A DNA stretch of 52,483 nt, taken from Acidobacteriota bacterium. Its GTDB lineage: Bacteria > Acidobacteriota > Terriglobia > Terriglobales > Acidobacteriaceae. Shown piece by piece: positions 37,412 through 45,797 of this stretch (within the stretch, counting starts at the first letter, position 1; every line of letters starts with the position of its first letter). Both the position numbers and the translations under genes were made by a program. The notes beneath the pieces were generated by a model. That model was not told where the DNA came from, made no database searches, and saw only the letters and a program-made list of their open reading frames with translations. The stretch lies in NCBI GenBank assembly GCA_021809235.1, contig JAKBAG010000001.1, positions 1-52,483 on the forward strand, in the 5' to 3' direction.

Positions 37412-38632
37412 ATGGAGCTGACAGCAGAGACTCGACGCCGACTTGGACGCGGCATCAGCGCGGCTGCCGTGCTGGGCGCCACGATCACCGGCCTCTTCGC
37501 ACTCCAGCAAATGGTGGAGAATCCGCGCACCGATGATGCCGAGGTCTTTGCCAACTTTATTGGTATGGCGCCGGTGGTCAGTGGTCCGGTGATGAAGATT
37601 ACCGTGGCCGACAACCAATATGTGAAACAGGGGCAGATGATGCTGGACATCGACGAGCGGCCCTACGCCTATGCGCTGGGCCAGGCACGCTCCGAGCAGG
37701 CCGCACTCGAGGGCAGCATTGTGGATGAACAGCGACGCATCGCCTCCGAATCCAGCGCCGTGAGCGTGGCGGATGCCGGTGTGCGTAGCGCCGAGGCAGC
37801 TCTGGCCCACGCGCAGGCAGTGGTTGCGCAGGCGCGGGCAGCCGTGGTGGGCGCTCAGGCATCTGTGGATCGGGCGCGGGCTGAGCGCGACTATGCCGTG
37901 CACAATCGAGACAGACTGGAGCCACTACTGGCCAAGCAATTTGTCACCGTGGATCAGGTGGACCGAGCGCGCACCGTGGCCGCGGCACGCGAGCAGGCGC
38001 TGGCCGAAGCCCGGGCGCAGCAGACGCTGGCCGGTGCTGCGTTAACCTCTGCACTGGCTGCCGAAGCCCAGGCGAACGCAAGGCTGGAGCAGAGCCATCA
38101 GCAGGTGCAGCAGGCGCAGCACTCGGTGCTCACGCTGGAGCCGCTGGTGGCCCAGCGCAGCGGACGGCTTTCTGCCATCCAGACCGCCGAGTACAACCTG
38201 GAAAACTGCCGTCTCTATGCACCCTTCGATGGCCGAGTGACCAATCTGACCATCTCGGAAGGTGCCTACGCGCACGCCGGCCAGGAGATCTTTACGCTGA
38301 TCGACACGCGAACGTGGTGGGTGCTGGCCAACTTTCGCGAGACACAACTGCGGCATATCCAGCCCGGCATGAAGGCCGATATTTATCTGATGTCCCACCC
38401 GAACCTGCATCTGCACGGGGTGGTGGACAGCACGGGCTTTGGTGTGACGCCAGACGCCGACCTGCTGGGCCGGCTGACCAAGGGACTGCCGGATGTGCAG
38501 CGCACCTTGAACTGGGTACGCCTGGCCTCGCGGTATCCGGTGCGCATCCGCATTCTGGACGGTCCGCAGCAGAACTTTCGCCTGGGAGAATCCGCCGTGG
38601 TCGTCATCGACGGCCACCCCGGATTGCTATAA
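37412..38632 (+). CDS. mdtN: MdtN-like HlyD membrane fusion protein
   Basis: N-terminal TM, PRTDDAEV, APVVSG, APFDGRVTNL, ANFRETQL, LNWVRLASRYPVRI. Confidence 0.88.
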   Translation: MELTAETRRRLGRGISAAAVLGATITGLFALQQMVENPRTDDAEVFANFIGMAPVVSGPVMKITVADNQYVKQGQMMLDIDERPYAYALGQARSEQAALEGSIVDEQRRIASESSAVSVADAGVRSAEAALAHAQAVVAQARAAVVGAQASVDRARAERDYAVHNRDRLEPLLAKQFVTVDQVDRARTVAAAREQALAEARAQQTLAGAALTSALAAEAQANARLEQSHQQVQQAQHSVLTLEPLVAQRSGRLSAIQTAEYNLENCRLYAPFDGRVTNLTISEGAYAHAGQEIFTLIDTRTWWVLANFRETQLRHIQPGMKADIYLMSHPNLHLHGVVDSTGFGVTPDADLLGRLTKGLPDVQRTLNWVRLASRYPVRIRILDGPQQNFRLGESAVVVIDGHPGLL

Positions 38633-38638
38633 CCAACG

Positions 38639-40822
38639 ATGAGCGCAGAAGCCGTACTGGGTCGAACCGATACGCGCAGTTTTTCCGCATGGTTTGTGGA
38701 TTTTCTGCGCAGCGAAATGGCGCCCTACCCCGGTCGCGGGCTGCTGGTGGCCCGCATGGTCCTCTCCGCCACGCTGACCATGATTCTGGTCATGACCTTC
38801 CGGATTCCCAACGGAGCCACCGGCCCGCTCTACGCCTTTCTGATTGCCCGTGACAACCTGCTGACCACGGCACGATCTGCCCGCAACGTGACCATTGCCT
38901 TTGCGCTCTGTGCACTGTTTGTGCCCTTCGGCGGACGCATGTTCGGCTCCCTGCCGATGACCCATTTTCTTTGGGAGGCGGCGAGCATCTTTCTCATCTT
39001 CTTCCTCATCCGGACGCTGGACAACTACAGCATTGCCAGCGCTATTGGACTGATGGCAACCTCGGCTCTGGCCATCTGGTATCTGCCCGGCCCGGCGGCA
39101 CGGAACGTGGAGCTTACGCTGTGGCAGATTCTGTCGCCAGCCATTGGAGCCGGGGTCACGATCGTGGTTGAGGCAATCTTCCACGCAATCGTCAAGCAGG
39201 ATGAGCTGCTGCGCGGACTCGGCGACCGACTGCACCTGATCGAAGAGCTTTTGCACTGCTATGCAGCCGGAAGCACGGTATCCTCCACTCTGCGCCGCAG
39301 ACTGACGCAGGCAGCGATGATCGGCGTGGGCGGATTGCGCCGCAGCGCGGCCCGTGCCAACACTACTCCCATCCAGCGCGCACAGATGAATGCGGTCGTC
39401 TCCCTGGTGGGTCGCAGTGTGGACTTTGCTGCAGCGCTGGAGCAGACCACACGACAGATGAACGAGGGGGACAGGGATGCCGCCCGGCAATTATCTGCGC
39501 AAATTGCAACCATGCGCACCGCCATTGCCGAGGGCCACGGCAATGCGCTGCCGCAGTGGGTCGCTTCCACGGCAACACTGCCGCTGCTTCGTGAGATGGA
39601 AGGCATGTTTTCACTGATCCCGCGCGTGCTGGCTGGCACGGAATCCCTGGAGGCGTATGATGCCTTCACCGAACGCGCCCTGCCGCAGAGCCGCATCTTT
39701 GTGCGCGATGCCTTTTCCAATCCGGAGCATCTTCGCTACGCACTTGGCGGCTGCCTGGCGGGCACGCTTTGCTACGTGCTCTATGTCTCGCTCTCCTGGC
39801 CAGGACTGGCTACTTCGGTCACCACCTGCGTGCTGACGGCACTGACGAACATCGGCTCCTCGCGCCAGAAGCAGGTACTGCGACTGGCCGGAGCCGTGAT
39901 TGGTGGCTTCGTCTTCGGCATGGGAGCGCAAATCATGGTGCTTCCCTGGCTGGACAGCATCGCCGGCTTTACGGTGCTGTTTGTCGTCGTCTCGGCAGTT
40001 GCGGCCTGGATTGCCACGGCCAGCACACGACTGTCCTATTGCGGCCTGCAAATCGCGCTGGCCTTCTATCTGATCAACGTGAATGAGTTTCACATCCAGC
40101 TTTCGCTGACCATTGCACGCGATCGTGCACTCGGCGTACTGCTGGGCATTTCCATGATGTGGCTGGTCTTTGAACGCCTCCATCCCAAGACGGCTACCGA
40201 GACGATGATTGAAACCTTCCTGACCAATCTGCGCCTGCTGGCAGAGTTCAGCAAGCTGGCTCTGGCGAACCCTACGGCGAAGTCGGTTGCTCATGTTCGG
40301 CGACTGCGCACGGCCATCTCCAACAATTTCTCGGCCGTCAACGCGCAGGCCGATGCCATTCCCTTTGAGATTGGCGCGGCACGTCCGCAACACATGGCTG
40401 CGCGTGACCATATCCGCCGCTGGCAGGCCATGCTGCGCACCTACTTTCTGCTGGAGCTAGCCCTGCTGCAATATGCCGCATTCTCCGGAACGCTGAGCGA
40501 GGAGGACAGCATGGCACTGGGTCACTTTGACCGGCACTGCGCCCAGACGCTGGAGGCAATCGCAACACGGCTGGAGAATCAGTATCGCGCTTCCCAGGCT
40601 AACGATGCCGGAGGCACAGCCATGCGGCCGGATTCAGCAGCACCAGTGGCCATCCCCCCCGGATTCGGCTCACTCTCGGATTGGCGTGAGTGGCCCGTAC
40701 TGAACGGGCGTGAAGAGACCCTGGAAGGCGTATTGCCCATGGTTCGGGAGATTCGGCAACTGCTGGGCAGGGTCACGGAAGAGGTCGCGGCGACGCCACT
40801 GTTTGCCATCGAACAGCCGTAG
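38639..40822 (+). CDS. mdtO: MdtO-like FUSC family inner-membrane efflux protein
   Basis: EMAPYPGR, DAFSNPEHLRYAL, WPGLATSVTTC, GSSRQKQVLR, RLSYCGLQIA, ARDRALGVLLG. Confidence 0.85.
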   Translation: MSAEAVLGRTDTRSFSAWFVDFLRSEMAPYPGRGLLVARMVLSATLTMILVMTFRIPNGATGPLYAFLIARDNLLTTARSARNVTIAFALCALFVPFGGRMFGSLPMTHFLWEAASIFLIFFLIRTLDNYSIASAIGLMATSALAIWYLPGPAARNVELTLWQILSPAIGAGVTIVVEAIFHAIVKQDELLRGLGDRLHLIEELLHCYAAGSTVSSTLRRRLTQAAMIGVGGLRRSAARANTTPIQRAQMNAVVSLVGRSVDFAAALEQTTRQMNEGDRDAARQLSAQIATMRTAIAEGHGNALPQWVASTATLPLLREMEGMFSLIPRVLAGTESLEAYDAFTERALPQSRIFVRDAFSNPEHLRYALGGCLAGTLCYVLYVSLSWPGLATSVTTCVLTALTNIGSSRQKQVLRLAGAVIGGFVFGMGAQIMVLPWLDSIAGFTVLFVVVSAVAAWIATASTRLSYCGLQIALAFYLINVNEFHIQLSLTIARDRALGVLLGISMMWLVFERLHPKTATETMIETFLTNLRLLAEFSKLALANPTAKSVAHVRRLRTAISNNFSAVNAQADAIPFEIGAARPQHMAARDHIRRWQAMLRTYFLLELALLQYAAFSGTLSEEDSMALGHFDRHCAQTLEAIATRLENQYRASQANDAGGTAMRPDSAAPVAIPPGFGSLSDWREWPVLNGREETLEGVLPMVREIRQLLGRVTEEVAATPLFAIEQP

Positions 40823-40847
40823 CGGACAGAGGTGGAAGCTTCGCAAC

Positions 40848-43800
40848 CTACGGAGTCACATTTACGGTCAGATAGGCATGGTTGCTGACCGTCACATTGT
40901 TGACGTAGGCAGCGCCGGTGATCTGGAGTGTGGCCGTTCCCAGCGGTGTGCCGCTGGTGGTTGTTCCGGATGAGGATGGCGTCGATGTACCGCAGCCCAG
41001 CGTGGAAAAGGTGGTGGCAGCCAGCAGAACTGCCGCAAAGACCAGTGCCAGGCTTCTACCGTGCAGCCAGCGCAGACGGCGGCGACCCAGCGGTAGCAGC
41101 AGCAGCGCGGCCAGTGCCAGTGCAGTGGCAGTGCGGCCAGTGCGGCTGTCCGCAGGCCGACGCGAGGCCTGGATCAATCCCGCATAGGTGGTCACGGTCA
41201 GCGTTGCCGTCTCCGTTCCGTTCACGATGGTCGGATTGAAGGTGCAGGTGATGGCTCCTGCTGTGGGAGGATTCTGCTCTGCGCACAAAATCTGAATGGG
41301 GCCGGTCAATCCGCCGGTGGACGTAATGGTATAAGGCACCGTCGCCGTCTGGCCCTGGGGAATCGTGATCGAGGTCGTGGTGGAGGTGATGGTGAAGCTT
41401 TCAACGGCAAATCCAAGTGCATTCGATGTGGCCTGCGCATAGATGCTGTCGCCGGAGTAAACCGCGGTCAAGTTGTAGGATCCACCGGGAAGCGTGGGCA
41501 CATTGAGTGAGGCGACGGAAGTATCCGCAATGCTGGCGGTCAGGGTGCTTTCGCCGATGAGCTGCGTTCCGGCATAAAAGAAGATATGGCCCGATGGATT
41601 CTGTTCCACGCCGGTTGCCGGAACCGTCACAGGCGTGACCGTCGCGGTCAGGTTCGCAGCCTGGCCGGGCGAGAGCACTGCCGATGTGCTGGTCAGCGTC
41701 ACTGTAACCGGCTGCAGGATTGCTTCCAGCACCAACGGACTACTGGTACTCGAGGCCCAGGTTGTATCGCCGGAATACACCGCAGTAATACTGTGGGAGA
41801 CGGCAGGAGACAGGGTCGAAATCCCGGATAGCGTCGCAATGTTATTGATCACCGTTGCCGTTCCCAGTAGCGTGCTTCCCTGATCATAGAAGGATACGGT
41901 TCCGGTGATGCTGTAGGTGGTGGTGGTGCTGGCCGTCGGCGCAATGGTCGCCGTAAACGTCTCCGGCGTTGCCGAAGTCAGCTTGCTGGGCGTTGCAGTG
42001 ATGGAAACCGTGGTGGCCTGCTTGGCAACCGAGATGGTGACCGAGGGCGAGGTGGACTGGTTGTAGTTGGTGTCTCCGGCGTAGATGCCCTGCAACATAT
42101 GAGACCCGGACGTGGGAGCCGTCATGTTGAAGCTGGCCGTAGTCACGTTGCTGGTGGTAGAGAACTTTGCTGTCCCCTGCGGCACTCCATCCAGATTCAC
42201 CGTCAGAATTCCGGTCGGCGGAGAGTTGCCCGGATTACTCGCAGTCACAGTTCCCGTTACGGTAATGGCCGCTCCGGCAGCGGGAGTTGTGGTGGACGGC
42301 GCAATGACCAGCGAAGTGGCACTGGGCTGAATATTGAAGGTCACCGGCTGCGAGGTTGCCGAGGCATAGGTGGAGTCTCCGCTGTAAATGGCTTCAATAT
42401 TGTGCCCGCCAATGGTGAACTGCGCCGGCTCGGTGTAGGTGGCGGTACCATCCGACGCCAGCGTGACCGGCGAACCGGCATTCTGCTGGCTGGTCTGGTC
42501 ATAGAACTGGATGGTACCCGTGGGAACCGCTCCACCGGAGAGTGACGTGACTTTAGCTGTTAGCGGAATATCCGCGGAGGGGTTATAGGTCAACCCGTTC
42601 TGGTTGGTCATCAGCACCTGGGCCAGTTCGGTTCCTGTCGCATCCGGTCGTGTCCACTGAGCCAGCAGCGCCGACGCATGCACCGTTCCCAACCCGGTGG
42701 CCAGATCAAACCCGGCTGCAGCGGCATAGCCCATGCGCCCGTCCACTGCCTGCGCACCGCAGCCACTGGCCGTGCAATACAGACGATTGCCGCCCGTGGT
42801 CACATCCGCAAAGACAGGAGCGGCAGCGGCGGAGGAGTCGTTGGCGGAACTGCCCTGTGGCGAGGTGGCCGAGTCCATGCGCGCCAGTCGATACAGGTTG
42901 GGCGCCAGATTTCCCTGGGCTCCATGCGCAGCATCGATGCGGGCAGCCATACCAGCCATGGTGGCCGCAGCAATCGCACTGCCGCGGGCGGAGACTGCAC
43001 GACAGCTGGCTGCAAGATCGGTACCGCTCAGGCAGAAGACAGCTCCGCTGGAGCCTGCAGGAAGCACCAGGTCCGGAAGATAGCGGTGATGCCCGACAGC
43101 AGCTCCGGGTACCTGCCCGGGGTCGCCGGAAGGCATGCCCTGCGCGCTCTGCCACTGCGGCGTAGCATGGAGCGCGCTGATGCCTCCACCGGTTGCCAGC
43201 GCCGGATTGGCTGCCGATTGCGGCTCCCAGCCGGAGACAGGCATGGAACCGTCACTGCCAGCCGAAAGAACAGCCGCTCCAACGGCCAGATTCCACGGCG
43301 TTGAGGCCAGTGCATTGACACCTGTGGCGCTGCCGCACTCCATCGCGCCATGATCACCGCTGGCTGCAATCACAGCCATTCCCTCAGCGGCAGCTACCGC
43401 ATCGACCGTGGCATAGAAGGAGGCATGCGCAGAACTCAAGGTTGTCTCGCAGGAGTCGTAGCCAAGCAGGATCGTGTGCGCCGTGGCGCGATTCACCGCA
43501 GCAGCCAGGGCCAGATCCAGCCCGTCGGTCGCATTGGTGCCAGCCGCGGGAATTACTGCAATCTGTGCCTGCGGTGCGGCGGCCATTACCCACTGGGCCA
43601 TCGCGGCCGTCACGGCTTCGTCGTCTGTGCGCCCAGGATCTGCTCCGTCCGGCTGCACGGTCAGTAGTCCGGTTCCATCCGGAAGCCCAAAGGCTGCGCG
43701 AAAGGACATGGCATCCTCGTCGCGCAGGCTGCTGCGGGAGGGAATGGCAACGGTTGCCCCCGCAGCCGTCGCTGCGGTTGTCTCGCTGGCCTGCGCGGCT

Positions 43801-44594
43801 GTGGACTTGTTGGTTGGCAGAATACCGGCCTGTGCCAGCATCGCCGGTGTCAGCGCCTGCCCGGAGATTGCCACTGCCGTCTGCTTCGGAATCGCGCCTG
43901 CCTGCGGCACTCCGGAGGATTGCTGCCAACCCTGCCCGACCGACGTAACTGCCTCCAGTGAGGCTGCTGCACGCACGCCGTCAAGCGAGGCCAATCCTAC
44001 CACCTGCGCAGCAAGCGCCGCCGGAATCACAGGCGCAGCAGCAAAGCGCAGAATGGGCTGACCTTCGGCATCGGTGCCAGCTGTCGTCAACCGCGCTTGA
44101 AAGGCTGCCTCCACCTGCGCACGGGATCCGCTGAAGACAATCCACATGCGGCTGGAAGGCAGAGGCTCTACCTGAAAGCCCTCGTCAGCAAGCCAATGCG
44201 TGACGGCGGAAATCTGGCCGGAGGCTGGGGCGTATTGGGAGGCAAATTGCTGCGCCGTCAACCACTGGTGAAACTGCGCGCTGCCGGGCGTCTGCTGCGC
44301 CTCCAGCAGCTGATGCAGGGCGCGAGTCTGTGCCGCAGAACCGCGCAGAAGCAGGATCATGCGCTGCACCGCGCCCACGGCTGCCGTGCCAGCATCGCTG
44401 GCGCTGGTTCCACGGGTCGTCACGCGCTGTGCGCTGCCGGTGGCCGCACTCGCACCCAGCGCCGCGACCAGCGTTAAGGCAGCCAGCAGCACCGTGGCAC
44501 TCCGCCGCTTGGACAGGCGCCAGCGCCCGGCACAGGTTGCCGTGCGCTGGCTGCGCTGGGTATTGCTCTCCAGAAAGCTGGGCAGATTCCGCAT
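40848..44594 (-). CDS. S53 (sedolisin)-like probable pseudoprotease with pro-domain, Big_3 Ig repeats and C-terminal TM-hairpin/internal lipobox module
   Basis: Pro-kumamolisin-like FHQWLTAQQF; SGDHG; PDLVLP; GFDLATGLGT; Ig repeats ..H.I.A.YSGD..Y..STS; start 44594 (TACAAT upstream) or 44669. Confidence 0.8.
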   Translation of the reverse strand: MRNLPSFLESNTQRSQRTATCAGRWRLSKRRSATVLLAALTLVAALGASAATGSAQRVTTRGTSASDAGTAAVGAVQRMILLLRGSAAQTRALHQLLEAQQTPGSAQFHQWLTAQQFASQYAPASGQISAVTHWLADEGFQVEPLPSSRMWIVFSGSRAQVEAAFQARLTTAGTDAEGQPILRFAAAPVIPAALAAQVVGLASLDGVRAAASLEAVTSVGQGWQQSSGVPQAGAIPKQTAVAISGQALTPAMLAQAGILPTNKSTAAQASETTAATAAGATVAIPSRSSLRDEDAMSFRAAFGLPDGTGLLTVQPDGADPGRTDDEAVTAAMAQWVMAAAPQAQIAVIPAAGTNATDGLDLALAAAVNRATAHTILLGYDSCETTLSSAHASFYATVDAVAAAEGMAVIAASGDHGAMECGSATGVNALASTPWNLAVGAAVLSAGSDGSMPVSGWEPQSAANPALATGGGISALHATPQWQSAQGMPSGDPGQVPGAAVGHHRYLPDLVLPAGSSGAVFCLSGTDLAASCRAVSARGSAIAAATMAGMAARIDAAHGAQGNLAPNLYRLARMDSATSPQGSSANDSSAAAAPVFADVTTGGNRLYCTASGCGAQAVDGRMGYAAAAGFDLATGLGTVHASALLAQWTRPDATGTELAQVLMTNQNGLTYNPSADIPLTAKVTSLSGGAVPTGTIQFYDQTSQQNAGSPVTLASDGTATYTEPAQFTIGGHNIEAIYSGDSTYASATSQPVTFNIQPSATSLVIAPSTTTPAAGAAITVTGTVTASNPGNSPPTGILTVNLDGVPQGTAKFSTTSNVTTASFNMTAPTSGSHMLQGIYAGDTNYNQSTSPSVTISVAKQATTVSITATPSKLTSATPETFTATIAPTASTTTTYSITGTVSFYDQGSTLLGTATVINNIATLSGISTLSPAVSHSITAVYSGDTTWASSTSSPLVLEAILQPVTVTLTSTSAVLSPGQAANLTATVTPVTVPATGVEQNPSGHIFFYAGTQLIGESTLTASIADTSVASLNVPTLPGGSYNLTAVYSGDSIYAQATSNALGFAVESFTITSTTTSITIPQGQTATVPYTITSTGGLTGPIQILCAEQNPPTAGAITCTFNPTIVNGTETATLTVTTYAGLIQASRRPADSRTGRTATALALAALLLLPLGRRRLRWLHGRSLALVFAAVLLAATTFSTLGCGTSTPSSSGTTTSGTPLGTATLQITGAAYVNNVTVSNHAYLTVNVTP

Positions 44595-44683
44595 CGGTGG
44601 CAAGCATGATTGTAAAGCCGGGCAGCCGGTACTGTTCCAGAACTTTTCGTCAGGAAGCCGACCTTGCATGCGGAGCTACCCGG

Positions 44684-45730
44684 TCAGCGTGTGCTGCTGT
44701 CGTGGAAGATCGCCTTCGGGCAGATGGCGTGGACGCCGACACTGCCGTCGACAAGCTGCGTGATGTCCACATCCACGGCCACGCTGGTCAGCATGTAGGC
44801 ATCATCGCGGCTCAGGTGCTTCTCCGTAACCAGAAAGTTGATCATGTCCCGCACGGCCAGTTTGGTTGCTGTTGTCAGGTCCGGGCTGAAGCCCATGGTG
44901 ATGTAGCTGGTCGGCGTCTCAGCCCGCGGCCACAGCAGATGCTGCTGCTTATGGACGACAAAGCGGAAGGTTCCGGTCAGGAAGGTTTCAAGCGCCGTGA
45001 TGTCCACCTCGCCGTTGCCCTGCCCGGCGTGGCCATCGCCTACTTCGAAGAGTGCGCCGGGGGCATGCACCGGCAGATAGAGCGTGGTGCCGGCTACGAG
45101 CTCGCGGTTGTCCATGTTGCCGCCGTGCATCCAGGGCGGAGCACTGTCGATGCGTCCGGCTGACTCCGGCGGTGCGTCACCCATGCTGCCAAAGAACGGA
45201 TGCAGCGGAATCTCGATGCCCGGCGCGAAGTGAGCCAGCATCTTCTGGCGATCGAGGGGAATGATCCTGGTACGGCCGTAAGGGAAGTCATTGGGCAGAA
45301 AGCCGCGACCGGCGCCAAATCCATTGCAGGCAAAGGGCGCATCCAGGTTGATCTTGAGGATATCCACCTCCAGCACATCGCCCGGCTCGGCCTCGGCAAT
45401 AGCCAGCGGCCCGGTCAGAATGTGCCCGCCCGGACCACGATCCTTCACCTGCTGGAAGATGGCTTCGTTGTAGGGCGGAATGTCCCTGGCGGCAACGCCC
45501 TCTTTTTCCAGTCGCTCGTCGGAGCCGCAGGTGGACAGCGTCTGGATGGTGACCGTGTCGCCGGAGTGGACCGTCATTACCGGCCGGGCGTGCGCCCAGT
45601 AGTATCCCCAGGCCACGGTCTGCGGCGTTGCGAGCAGTGTCTTTGCGTCTTGCGTCGTCTGCGCTGCTGCGTGCAGAAAGCTTGCCGTACAAAGCAGCAC
45701 AATCGCTGCACAGGGAATGACTCTTCGCAT
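44684..45730 (-). CDS. Acetamidase/formamidase family protein with signal peptide
   Basis: GHILTGP..AEPGDVLEV, HGGNMDN, GDGHAGQGNGEV..TALE, AYMLTSVAVD..ITQLVD. Confidence 0.9.
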   Translation of the reverse strand: MRRVIPCAAIVLLCTASFLHAAAQTTQDAKTLLATPQTVAWGYYWAHARPVMTVHSGDTVTIQTLSTCGSDERLEKEGVAARDIPPYNEAIFQQVKDRGPGGHILTGPLAIAEAEPGDVLEVDILKINLDAPFACNGFGAGRGFLPNDFPYGRTRIIPLDRQKMLAHFAPGIEIPLHPFFGSMGDAPPESAGRIDSAPPWMHGGNMDNRELVAGTTLYLPVHAPGALFEVGDGHAGQGNGEVDITALETFLTGTFRFVVHKQQHLLWPRAETPTSYITMGFSPDLTTATKLAVRDMINFLVTEKHLSRDDAYMLTSVAVDVDITQLVDGSVGVHAICPKAIFHDSSTR

Positions 45731-45797
45731 TCTGACTCCCTACTTTCTCATGGATTCTCCATCTCCCGGATTGGTCGAATGCAGCATACAGACAGCT

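Noticed and set aside
35566-40822. Efflux operon as a novel system
   Set aside because: Matches the known YtcA-MdtN-MdtO-OMF type; only the gene order differs
27424-40847. Intact integrative element at tRNA-Phe
   Set aside because: No integrase and no duplicated tRNA 3' end found by eye; island status remains only an inference
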